DNA from: a bacterium
Lineage (GTDB): Bacteria; SAR324; JACQKK01
Assembly: GCA_965249525.1 (NCBI GenBank)
Contig: OZ252237.1
Span: forward strand, 772,443-836,442
Reading direction: 5' to 3'
Length of the DNA stretch: 64,000 nt
The position numbers and the translations under genes are program-made. Positions 38,602-47,295 of the stretch are shown in pieces; positions within the stretch are counted from its first letter, which is position 1, and the number at the start of each line of letters is the position of its first letter. The notes beneath the pieces are model-generated. The model ran no database searches. It was not told the DNA's origin and saw only the letters and a list, made by a program, of their open reading frames with translations.

Positions 38602-38824
38602 AAGCTAGAATTAGTCTGTGGCGCAGCTTGCCTCCCTAGAAAAAAGCAAGTCGGGGCTAGCCACAAACCTGTACATAGTGCTAGTTGCAGCTGGCATTCC
38701 TTACATCAGCCCACCACATTTTATAAAGAGGTAGGAGTTTTTTGCTGGGAGTTGTAGCAGAACAAGCTTCCTTTGCATAAGCGAGCAAGAAGGAGGCTTA
38801 TTTTTATGGCTAGAGACTTAGACT

Positions 38825-39043
38825 TCACTTCGCATTGTATTTGGGGTCTAGGCGCTTGAGTTCTTGCTGTTCCCAGACCTTGGCTTTGTCTTTAGAGCTT
38901 GTTTGTTTGATTATATAAACGCGCACATCACCACTGTATTGATTTTGATGGTCCTCTTCTTCTCTTTGAGGATCTTCAGTAACGCCAACGTAGACAATAG
39001 AATCTGATGGATCCATCAAGTAATATCCGTAATACATAATCAT
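38825..39043 (-). CDS. small stand-alone GIY-YIG nuclease-domain protein
   Basis: YGYYL...IVYVGVT...R...H...VWEQQELKRLDPKYN follows the GIY / YIG / R / E / N order of the GIY-YIG fold. AT-rich surroundings. An alternative ATG at 39037 has better SD spacing. Confidence 0.55.
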   Translation of the reverse strand: MIMYYGYYLMDPSDSIVYVGVTEDPQREEEDHQNQYSGDVRVYIIKQTSSKDKAKVWEQQELKRLDPKYNAK

Positions 39044-39169
39044 TCACCCTTGAAAAGAAGTTATCGTGATGTGTTGATGCCAAAATTTTATAGGCTATAT
39101 TATAATATTATATCACGGGAATGCAAGATTTTTTTACAGTTATTTCTCACCTGGGAGAGCGGTGGTTTC

Positions 39170-39343
39170 TCACTGTTGCAATGAGTGAAGAATGGCTTCT
39201 AGCAGCCGATTGGTTTCTTTTTGTCTTCTGGCCAACAGATAGACATTGAGGGGTATCAAAATGCCTAAGAGGGTAATCAGACCCAGGCAGAACAGCAAGA
39301 ACAAAACAAAGGGCAAGGAGAATAGGGAAAATAATACATCCAT
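39170..39343 (-). CDS. small single-pass membrane protein (57 aa)
   Basis: AAGGTG lies 6 nt upstream of the ATG at 39343. One long hydrophobic helix is followed by the basic ARRQKETNR. It sits directly downstream of thrS. Confidence 0.4.
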   Translation of the reverse strand: MDVLFSLFSLPFVLFLLFCLGLITLLGILIPLNVYLLARRQKETNRLLEAILHSLQQ

Positions 39344-39396
39344 AGACAACACCTTTTAGTGTGTAATTGGTGAGGGTGGCAGCCTCTGTGTTGGTG

Positions 39397-41208
39397 TTAT
39401 GAGGTTTGGCGCCAATCTTTGCGTTGTTTAATTTCGTTGAGCAGCAATTGTTGCAGTTTGTCTGCGGGAAGGGTGGACTGCTGCTGGCTGCCGTGGCGTC
39501 GCCAGCTGATGGTAGAGTTGGCTTGTTCTTGGTCGCCAGCGATGAGGATGTTGGGTATTTTTTGTGTTTGTGCTAGTCGCATGCGTTTGCTGAGTGACTC
39601 GTTGCTGTCGTCCACTGTGGCGCGAATGAGATTTTGGCGCAGTTGTTGTTGGAGGCTTTGGGCGTAAGGGTTGTGGGAGGGGGCTACGGGGAGGATGAGG
39701 GCTTGTATAGGAGCGAGCCAGGTGGGAAAGGCGCCAGCGTAATGCTCAATGAGAAAGGCGATGAAACGTTCTTGCGTACCTAAGGGCGCACGGTGAATGA
39801 TGTGAGGCTGATGGGGTTGGTTATCTGTTCCGATGTATTCCAGTCCAAAACGTTCAGCCATGATGAGGTCAAGTTGGTTGGTGGAGGCAGTTTCTTCACG
39901 CCCTGCCACATTGCTCAGCTGCATGTCTATTTTTGGTCCGTAGAAGCAGGCTTCACCGCTTTCGGTGTGAAATGGTACTTCCAGGTCTTGCATGGCTTCA
40001 GTAATCAGTCGATTGGCGTCCTGCCAGACCTGGGGTGGGCCAGCGTATTTGTCTTTGTTGAGATCGGGCAGGGAGAGGCGCATCCAGTAGTTGGTGATGC
40101 CGAACAGGCGATAGTAGTCCAGGTGCATTTGCATCACTTGGATGAATTCTTCTTTGGTTTGTTCGGGGGTGCAGTAGATGTGTGCGTCGTTAATTTCTAG
40201 TGCGCGTACACGGAGCAGACCACTGAGTTCGCCGGATTGTTCATAGCGATAGCACATGCCATATTCGGCAAGCCTGAGGGGCAGGTCACGATAGCTGCGT
40301 GGGGCAGCTTTGTAGATCATGTGGTGATGGGGACAGTTCATGGGTTTAAGATAGAAGTGTCCGTCATCACAGATCATGGGAGGGAACATGTCATCTTGGT
40401 AGTAGGGCAGGTGCCCTGAGGTGTGGTAAAGGCCTTCCTTAGTGATGTGGGGTGTGGAGACACGTTGGTAGCCGGCGCGGAATTCCATTTCCATGGCTAG
40501 GTTTTCCAGTTCTTGTCGGATGACTGCGCCGTTAGGCAGCCAGAGGGGCAATCCTTTGCCGATTTCATCATTGATGGTAAAGAGTTGCAGCTGTTGACCG
40601 ATTTTGCGGTGATCTCGGGTTTTGGCGAGTTCGCGTTGCTGGAGGAAGTGTTTGAGTTCTTCTTTTTTGGCGAAGGCGAGTCCGTGTACGCGCTGCAACA
40701 TGGGATTGTTTTCATCGCCGCGCCAGTAGGCACCTGCGAGGAAATCCAACCTGAAAGAGTCTGCAGGCAGTTTGCTGGTAGATTCTACATGGGGGCCCTG
40801 GCACATATCAGAGAAGGATCCGTTGGTGTAGACACCAAGGTCTTTTTCTCCTGTTGCCATAAGCTCTTCAGCCATTTCAATTTTGTAGGGTTGATCTTGT
40901 TTTTTAAGCTGCAGCAGCAGCTGTGCTGCGGGGATTTGGCTTTGTTGAAAGATTTGGTCTTCTTGAATAATGCGACGCATGTGTTTTTCCAAAGCGGGGA
41001 GGTCTTCTGGACGGAGAGGTGGGGAGACGTCAAAATCGTAGAAGAAGCCATGTTGGGTGGGGGGACCATATCCCAGCTTGACATGGGAACGGATTTGGCA
41101 GACGGCTTGTGCCAGTACATGTGCCAGCGAGTGGCGCATGCGATAAAGGGGATGGCTACGGTCTTTGGCGATCAGGCTGGCAGGTAGGCTGGAGGAGGAT
41201 TGCGCCAT
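39397..41208 (-). CDS. thrS: threonyl-tRNA synthetase lacking the N-terminal TGS domain
   Basis: HSLAHVLAQAV (editing-domain HxxxH), class II core (FRAGYQRVSTPHI, HMIYKAAPRSYRDLPLRLAEYGMCYRYE) and an anticodon-binding C-terminus. The ATG at 41208 avoids a 100-nt overlap; the ORF extends to 41316. Confidence 0.9.
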   Translation of the reverse strand: MAQSSSSLPASLIAKDRSHPLYRMRHSLAHVLAQAVCQIRSHVKLGYGPPTQHGFFYDFDVSPPLRPEDLPALEKHMRRIIQEDQIFQQSQIPAAQLLLQLKKQDQPYKIEMAEELMATGEKDLGVYTNGSFSDMCQGPHVESTSKLPADSFRLDFLAGAYWRGDENNPMLQRVHGLAFAKKEELKHFLQQRELAKTRDHRKIGQQLQLFTINDEIGKGLPLWLPNGAVIRQELENLAMEMEFRAGYQRVSTPHITKEGLYHTSGHLPYYQDDMFPPMICDDGHFYLKPMNCPHHHMIYKAAPRSYRDLPLRLAEYGMCYRYEQSGELSGLLRVRALEINDAHIYCTPEQTKEEFIQVMQMHLDYYRLFGITNYWMRLSLPDLNKDKYAGPPQVWQDANRLITEAMQDLEVPFHTESGEACFYGPKIDMQLSNVAGREETASTNQLDLIMAERFGLEYIGTDNQPHQPHIIHRAPLGTQERFIAFLIEHYAGAFPTWLAPIQALILPVAPSHNPYAQSLQQQLRQNLIRATVDDSNESLSKRMRLAQTQKIPNILIAGDQEQANSTISWRRHGSQQQSTLPADKLQQLLLNEIKQRKDWRQTS

Positions 41209-41215
41209 GGAAGTT

Positions 41216-42952
41216 TTAGGGGTGTGGGGATTCCAGTTGTGATTTGAGTTTGAGTCCTGCTTTATAACAGGCTTTGGCTTCATTGGTTTTGTTGAGTTTG
41301 TAATAGCGGTTGCCAAGACGGTCGATCAATTCTAATTGTCCTGCAATATCGCCCAGGCGTTCACGGAGTTGCAATTGTTGTCTAAGGCATTCAATAAGAG
41401 CAAGTTCTTCTCCCCAATCATGCAGCAGTGAGGTCATGAGGGAATAGGCTTGTTGCAGTTTGTCATGGTTTTGGTGTTTTTTGGCATGTTGGATGAAAGA
41501 TTCCAAGGTGCATTTTTTTGCCAGTCTTTGCAATTTTTGGCTGGCGGTTTTTGGCAGTGCTTGCCACAAGTCTTGCAATTCTTCCACAGTGAGTGGTGCC
41601 AGCTTCAACCATGCCTGCAGATGGTGGGCAGCGGCTTCAGGGTGGGTGTCATGCAGTGCCAGCAGAGCTTGTAGTCTTAGGGTTGCGGCATCGGTATGGC
41701 TGCTATCTTTCAGGTGTTGCTCAAGACCGCTGCGCACACCTTGCCAGTCGCTATTGTGATAAGCTTTCATCGCTGAACCCAAGGCCAGACTGACAGCAGG
41801 GGTCTTGACGCTGATTTGCTTAGGGGTTTTGTCTGGTGGTTGCGCAGCTTTCCTTGTAGTTTTGTGCAGGTCTTTGTCGTTGGTGGGTGTGGGAGGGATG
41901 GTCTTGGTGTTGGCAGGGGCTACAGGCATTTTGGCTGCGGTAGCTTCTTTGTCCGTGGGCTTGTGTGTCTTCTTGTCGCTGTTCTTGCTAGTGATGGTCT
42001 CAGTCGCTTTGTTGATGGGCGTATGGAGATAATCCACCTGGTTGGTTTTATGGGTTTTGCTGCCATGAAGCTGGGGGTTTTTCAGTTTTTCCAGCATCCC
42101 TTTGGATTCACCGCCGACAAACCGCAAATCATCAAACAATTCCAGCAAGTCTTGGCTTTCGTTCATATGCCCCAGCGATGCCAGCTTGCGGCGGGTCTTG
42201 CGTAGTTTCATTGCTGAGGCTGTTTCAGCGACTGTCTTCTTACTGGCAGCAACAGGGGGCGAGGCTTCCTCTTTAACGGCTTTGCCCGTCTCTGCGGGAT
42301 GCTTTGCTGTCTGCAGGCTGCCAGCAGACGTAGCTGCTTTCTTTACCTGTGGGGGTGTCTTGCGGGGCTGGTTTTGTTTGGCTGTGGCATCCTGTGTGGT
42401 TGTGGGCTTGTGAGCATCCATGGCTGCCTGCGGGGAGGATGCCTGCTTTGTGGTTGCGGTCATAGTTACTGGCTGCGGCGGATTCTCCTTCATTTCTGGT
42501 GCTGCTGCCTTGGGCAGGTTTTCCCTAGTGGCTTGCGTTGTTGCCACCTTGGTTGTTGCCGATAGATTGCGCCGCTCCTGCGGCCTGTGCGCAGGCTGCT
42601 GTCCCGCCAAGATAGGTTTTTTCTGCGCTTGTACCAACTGACGACGAAAACGCCAAAACACACCGGCTGGTAACAACGGTCGTCTGTTCCCCATCACTGA
42701 CCGTGACGCCTTGGCTAACGCACGCGCCCGACTCCGTGATTCCTTCTTCTGCGCAGCACCAACACGTCTGCCACCCACAGCACGCAAATGCCGCCGCCAC
42801 AAGTTGACCTGCAGCCATATCAGTGGAGGCAATATCCCCACAGCCACAGCCCATGGCTGCTTAATACCCCACATCAATCCCAATGAGACTCCTACCCACA
42901 ATGCTACCAATATCGCGTGCATCCCTGCTCCGCTGCTTATGAATTCTACCAA
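41216..42952 (-). CDS. membrane-anchored protein with a long basic K/T/P/A-rich low-complexity region and a helical (TPR-like) C-terminus
   Basis: Two N-terminal hydrophobic helices, then about 330 aa of low complexity (KPTTTQDATAKQNQPRKTPPQVKK...), then a helical repeat-like C-terminal ~200 aa. It ends 7 nt before the thrS ATG. Confidence 0.6.
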   Translation of the reverse strand: MVEFISSGAGMHAILVALWVGVSLGLMWGIKQPWAVAVGILPPLIWLQVNLWRRHLRAVGGRRVGAAQKKESRSRARALAKASRSVMGNRRPLLPAGVFWRFRRQLVQAQKKPILAGQQPAHRPQERRNLSATTKVATTQATRENLPKAAAPEMKENPPQPVTMTATTKQASSPQAAMDAHKPTTTQDATAKQNQPRKTPPQVKKAATSAGSLQTAKHPAETGKAVKEEASPPVAASKKTVAETASAMKLRKTRRKLASLGHMNESQDLLELFDDLRFVGGESKGMLEKLKNPQLHGSKTHKTNQVDYLHTPINKATETITSKNSDKKTHKPTDKEATAAKMPVAPANTKTIPPTPTNDKDLHKTTRKAAQPPDKTPKQISVKTPAVSLALGSAMKAYHNSDWQGVRSGLEQHLKDSSHTDAATLRLQALLALHDTHPEAAAHHLQAWLKLAPLTVEELQDLWQALPKTASQKLQRLAKKCTLESFIQHAKKHQNHDKLQQAYSLMTSLLHDWGEELALIECLRQQLQLRERLGDIAGQLELIDRLGNRYYKLNKTNEAKACYKAGLKLKSQLESPHP

Positions 42953-43118
42953 CCCATCCTTCCCAACTTAACACTTCCCATACCACAAACGCAAAATTTG
43001 TGCAGGGGAGCGTAGGTGAAGCACTCTTAACCAGGGTGGTTTTTCATGAAAGACTTGCTTTGTGGGCATGAACAGGCTAATGCTAATGAGATTTTTTGTT
43101 TTGGGGATTGTTTTTGTG

Positions 43119-44924
43119 ATGGCGGCTGTGTACAAACCAATTTCAGAATACGGGCTGATAGGCAACATGTATACCTCTGCCTTGGTAGGGATGGATGGTG
43201 CGATTGATTGGCTGCCTGCGCCATACTTTGATTCCCCCTCGGTATTTGCAGCCATTTTGGATGGGCAGCGTGGGGGATATTTTAAGATATGCCTGCAAGA
43301 AGACTGCCGTCGGCAGCAATTTTATTATCCTGATACCAATGCGCTGATTACGCGTTTTCTGCATGGGGATGGAGTAGGCGAGGTGCAGGACTTCATGCCT
43401 TTGAATGAAAGAGAGTCGCAGGGCAAGCCGTTGCATCAGATTTATCGTTTGGTGAAGTGTGTGCGTGGCAAGATTGATTTGCGAATGGAGTGTTTTCCTG
43501 TTTTTGACTACGCTCGCAGGCAGCCCATGGTGCATTGTACCAAGCAGGGAGTGGTGTTTGAGAACGGTCAGCAGCGCATGGCATTGCAGGCAGATGTACC
43601 TATGAAGGCAGAGGGTGGGGGAGCGGTGTCTTCCTTCACCATGCATCAGGGGGAAAGTTGTGTTTTTGTGCTGCATTACCATCTAGAGAAGGAGGATGGC
43701 AATCCACTGGAGTACAAGCTTAATGCCAAAAAGACCTTGGAAAGAACCCTGGAGTATTGGTATCGCTGGTTGTCGCGATGCAATTATCGGGGTCGTTGGC
43801 GGGAGATGGTGATGCGTTCTGCTTTAACTTTGAAGCTGCTGACTTTTGAGCCTACGGGGGCAATAGTGGCGGCGCCCACCACCAGCCTGCCAGAGTCCAT
43901 TGGAGGAGATCGCAATTGGGACTACCGTTTTACTTGGCTGCGAGATGCGTCATTTTCTGTGTATGCCTTGATGCGACTGGGTTTCTTGGATGAGGCGACA
44001 CGCTTCATGGATTTTGTGTTTGAGCATATCGTCAATCCTCGTGAGGAGGGGCATTTGCAAATCATGTACACCATCCACGGCAAAAAGAAGATGCCAGAGA
44101 AAGAACTGGAGCATTTAAGCGGCTATCAGAATTCGCGCCCTGTGCGGGTGGGCAATTTGGCGGTTTCTCAGTTGCAGTTGGATGTTTACGGTGAGTTGTT
44201 GGATGCCATTTACTTGTACAACAAGCACGGCAAAATGATTTCTTACAAGCACTGGATAGGAGTAGAACAATTGGCCAATTGGGTCAGCGAAAACTGGCAG
44301 CAAAAAGATCAAGGTCTATGGGAACAACGCAGCAAACCCCAGCACTTTGTTTATTCCAAAGTCATGTGCTGGGTCGCCTTGGATCGTGCCATTCGCATTG
44401 CCAAAAAGCGCAGCTTCCCAGGAAAAATAGAATACTGGCGTACACAACGCGACAATATCTATCGCCAAGTGATGCAAAAAGGCTGGGATAAAAAACTCAG
44501 CAGCTTCGTCCAATACTATGGCAGCAGTTCACTGGACGCCTCCAATCTTATCATGCCGCTGGTGTTGTTTCTTGCTCCCACAGACCCCCGCATGGAAGCT
44601 ACTCTTAACAACATTATCCAACATTTGGTTTCTGACTCGCTGGTGTTTCGCTACCTGAACTTTGATGACGGTCTGCAAAGCGAAGAAGGGACATTCTCAC
44701 TCTGCAGCTTCTGGCTGGTAGAAGCACTCACCCGTGCAGGAAGGCTGAAAGAAGCCAGGATCGTCTTTGAAAAAATCCTCAGCTACGCCAACCACCTCGG
44801 ACTATACAGCGAAGAAATTTCCTCCACAGGAGAACTGCTGGGCAACTTCCCCCAAGCCTTCAGCCACTTTTCCCTCATCAGTGCTGCCACCAACTTAGAC
44901 CGCGCCCTGGATAAAATCTCCTAG
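43119..44924 (+). CDS. glycoside hydrolase family 15 (glucoamylase/trehalase-like)
   Basis: YKPISEYGLIGNMYTSALV... N-terminus, RNWDYRFTWLRDASF, and LYSEEISSTGELLGNFPQAFSH. The ORF extends upstream to 43062. Confidence 0.85.
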   Translation: MAAVYKPISEYGLIGNMYTSALVGMDGAIDWLPAPYFDSPSVFAAILDGQRGGYFKICLQEDCRRQQFYYPDTNALITRFLHGDGVGEVQDFMPLNERESQGKPLHQIYRLVKCVRGKIDLRMECFPVFDYARRQPMVHCTKQGVVFENGQQRMALQADVPMKAEGGGAVSSFTMHQGESCVFVLHYHLEKEDGNPLEYKLNAKKTLERTLEYWYRWLSRCNYRGRWREMVMRSALTLKLLTFEPTGAIVAAPTTSLPESIGGDRNWDYRFTWLRDASFSVYALMRLGFLDEATRFMDFVFEHIVNPREEGHLQIMYTIHGKKKMPEKELEHLSGYQNSRPVRVGNLAVSQLQLDVYGELLDAIYLYNKHGKMISYKHWIGVEQLANWVSENWQQKDQGLWEQRSKPQHFVYSKVMCWVALDRAIRIAKKRSFPGKIEYWRTQRDNIYRQVMQKGWDKKLSSFVQYYGSSSLDASNLIMPLVLFLAPTDPRMEATLNNIIQHLVSDSLVFRYLNFDDGLQSEEGTFSLCSFWLVEALTRAGRLKEARIVFEKILSYANHLGLYSEEISSTGELLGNFPQAFSHFSLISAATNLDRALDKIS

Positions 44925-44928
44925 GCTG

Positions 44929-45237
44929 CTAGGAATCATCCCCAAACAATTTTTTGAGTTGTTGGCGGGCAGCTTGGTCTTCATCGATATTGTTGCTGCG
45001 GTTGGCGGCGTTGGTTTGGCGGAAGTAATCGCAGAAATTGGCAGCAGTTTTGTCTTTAACGGGTTCGGCAATGGGTTCCCGACATTGGTTGGGGGCGTTT
45101 TCTTGATAGAATTGGCACATCAGGCAGCAACGCAGCCATGAGGAGCAATGGGGGCAGGTGGATTGTCTTCCTAGGGGGCGTGCCAGTGAGGAAATATCTG
45201 CGGAGCATTTCCAACATGTGGCGGGATTGTTGGTCAT
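44929..45237 (-). CDS. small Cys-rich zinc-ribbon protein
   Basis: CWKC...CPHC...CCLMC...C...NFC spacing. 102 aa with an acidic tail. ATG at 45237. Confidence 0.6.
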   Translation of the reverse strand: MTNNPATCWKCSADISSLARPLGRQSTCPHCSSWLRCCLMCQFYQENAPNQCREPIAEPVKDKTAANFCDYFRQTNAANRSNNIDEDQAARQQLKKLFGDDS

Positions 45238-45247
45238 GGGTCTGTTC

Positions 45248-45290
45248 CTGGTAATTTTGTTACTGGTAATTTTGTTACTGGTAATTTTGA
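45248..45290. repeat. 15-bp tandem repeat, about 2.9 copies (CTGGTAATTTTGTTA)
   Basis: Perfect units at 45248-45262 and 45263-45277, and a truncated unit from 45278. It lies 10 nt upstream of the zinc-ribbon ATG (minus strand) and downstream of the murJ stop. Confidence 0.9.
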
Positions 45291-45363
45291 TGCGGGCAAA
45301 GGATGTGACTTTCCTAAGGAGCTTTTATTTTATATGCAGTGGCGTTGTAAGTGAAGGGGCGGA

Positions 45364-47061
45364 TCAGCGCAGTCCCAAACCTTGGAAGATTTTTTTGAAC
45401 AATTGCAGCCAGTGGCGAGCTTGTTGATCTCCAAGGAGGAAGGTGAGCACCCAGTAGCCGCCGCCGCCTGTAATGAGACAGAGGGTGAACAGCCACCAGT
45501 TTTGGAGATGCTGCGGTCCGAGTTGCCATTGTCCGTACGATTGCAGCTTGCCGATGAGCAGTCCTATCAGCAGGGCTGCCAAGGTTTGTCTTAGCAGGGC
45601 GCGCCAAGGAGTCCAAGTACCGTGGTCGGCGGTTTTCTTGTTGAGCATACTCCACAGCAGGAGACACTGCATCCATACTCCCAAGCTGAGGGCACCAGCC
45701 AGACCTGGAGCGAGGAAGCGTTGACTAAGCAGCCATCCACTGGGGATGGTTATCAGCATGTTGACAGCAGCAGCTAGTACAGGTCTGCGGGTATCACCGT
45801 AGGCATAGAAGGCGGGGGTCATGATGCGTATGCCGGCGATTGCAGGTACACCCAGTGCCATCCAGCGCAGGGTACTGGCGGTGGAGCGTACATCGGCAAA
45901 GCTGAATTCACCGTGCAGATACAGCATGGCTACAATGGCTTGGCTGGCAGCCATAAAGGCAGCTATAGAAGGCAGCAGGGGATAAAAAGAGGCTTCCAAG
46001 GTTAAACTGAGGGTCTGCCTGATCCGATGCCAATTTTTTTGTGCTATGTGGATACTGAGGGCAGGTAGTCCCGCAGCAGCAAAAGCAAAAGTGAACAGCC
46101 CCAGCACCAGTTCCGTCAAGCGGGTGGCGTTATGGTAGTGAAACACCTGTCCCGTAGGTAAGAAGCTGGCCAAAATGCCCAACAGCAGAATGTTGATTTG
46201 ATATACCGCCAATCCCAGCAGTGCTGGTGCCAGCAAGGCAAGCAATTTGCGGACATGCCTGCCCATTTGGAAGGATGGTCGCAAGGGAATACCCTCTTGC
46301 AGCAACCAAGGACATTGCAGCAGTACCTGTGCCACCCCTCCTGCCAGTACGCCCACGGCTACCGCCATCACCGGTGGTGAAATCCACCCCTGAGGCGCAA
46401 GCACCGCCACGATAATACTCAAATTCAAAAAAATAGGCGCAGCAGCAGGGGCAGCAAATCTACTCCTTGCATTCAGCACGCCCATCGCCCAAGCCACAAA
46501 GGAAACCATAGCCAAGTAAGGAAAACTCCAACGCAGCAGGCGTGCACTCAAGGCAAATTTCTGCGGGTTGGACAAAAAACCAGGTGAGGATATTGCCGTA
46601 ATGGACTCGCTGAATACAATCCCCGCCAGGCTTAATACCCCTGTTACCAACAATACCACCCCTAAAGTCTCACGTGCCAATACTTTGGCAGTCGCCTCCC
46701 CTTCCTGATGCAGCACCTTGGTGTACAACGGCACAAAAGCAATGGTCATGGCTCCCTCCGCTGTTAAACGGCGCAGCGCATTGGGTAAGCGAAAGGCCTG
46801 CACCCAAGCATCCGTGGCACCAGATGCCCCAAAACGATGTGCCAATGTCACATCTCGTATCATGCCCAAAATGCGAGACAACAAGGTGTAAAAGGTCACC
46901 ACACCTGCATGACGATATACCGTCTGTGCTTCCTGCTGAGAATCTTGTTCTGCGGTCCTATCCCGTGCGGTCCTATCCCGTTCAGTACCAGGAGAATCCA
47001 CCCCATCCCCTTCATTTTTCCCACTAGCATCTGCCCGAGAATAATCTATCATGCCATGCAA
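45364..47061 (-). CDS. murJ: lipid II flippase MurJ with a charged ~45-aa N-terminal extension
   Basis: TFYTLLSRILGMIRDVTLAHRFGASGATDAW..., the typical MurJ N-terminal block, and about 14 TM segments. Confidence 0.9.
   Translation of the reverse strand: MHGMIDYSRADASGKNEGDGVDSPGTERDRTARDRTAEQDSQQEAQTVYRHAGVVTFYTLLSRILGMIRDVTLAHRFGASGATDAWVQAFRLPNALRRLTAEGAMTIAFVPLYTKVLHQEGEATAKVLARETLGVVLLVTGVLSLAGIVFSESITAISSPGFLSNPQKFALSARLLRWSFPYLAMVSFVAWAMGVLNARSRFAAPAAAPIFLNLSIIVAVLAPQGWISPPVMAVAVGVLAGGVAQVLLQCPWLLQEGIPLRPSFQMGRHVRKLLALLAPALLGLAVYQINILLLGILASFLPTGQVFHYHNATRLTELVLGLFTFAFAAAGLPALSIHIAQKNWHRIRQTLSLTLEASFYPLLPSIAAFMAASQAIVAMLYLHGEFSFADVRSTASTLRWMALGVPAIAGIRIMTPAFYAYGDTRRPVLAAAVNMLITIPSGWLLSQRFLAPGLAGALSLGVWMQCLLLWSMLNKKTADHGTWTPWRALLRQTLAALLIGLLIGKLQSYGQWQLGPQHLQNWWLFTLCLITGGGGYWVLTFLLGDQQARHWLQLFKKIFQGLGLR
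46951..46980. repeat. perfect 2 x 15-bp tandem duplication inside murJ
   Basis: TGCGGTCCTATCCCG occurs twice in tandem. On the minus strand it encodes RDRTA-RDRTA in the N-terminal extension. Confidence 0.9.
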
Positions 47062-47295
47062 TTCAATCTATCCATCCCCAAGACAATGCTTCCCCATCTA
47101 ACCCTGTCGGCACCCATCTTCTCAACAACTATTTATCCAAGTGAACACTGGGGGCATCACCCGTTGGGTTGCTTCAAGGATTGGGGGAAGAGTTCTCCCC
47201 GCAGCCATGCGGGGTGTTGGGGCAGTATATTTGGACAGTGTATCTGGGCAGTTTTCTTGACAGTGTTCTTGGGGGTTGGTCGTTGGAGATGGATT

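Noticed and set aside
40513-41187. 224-aa plus-strand ORF
   Set aside because: It is antisense to thrS, which has unmistakable class II synthetase motifs. It has no independent support.
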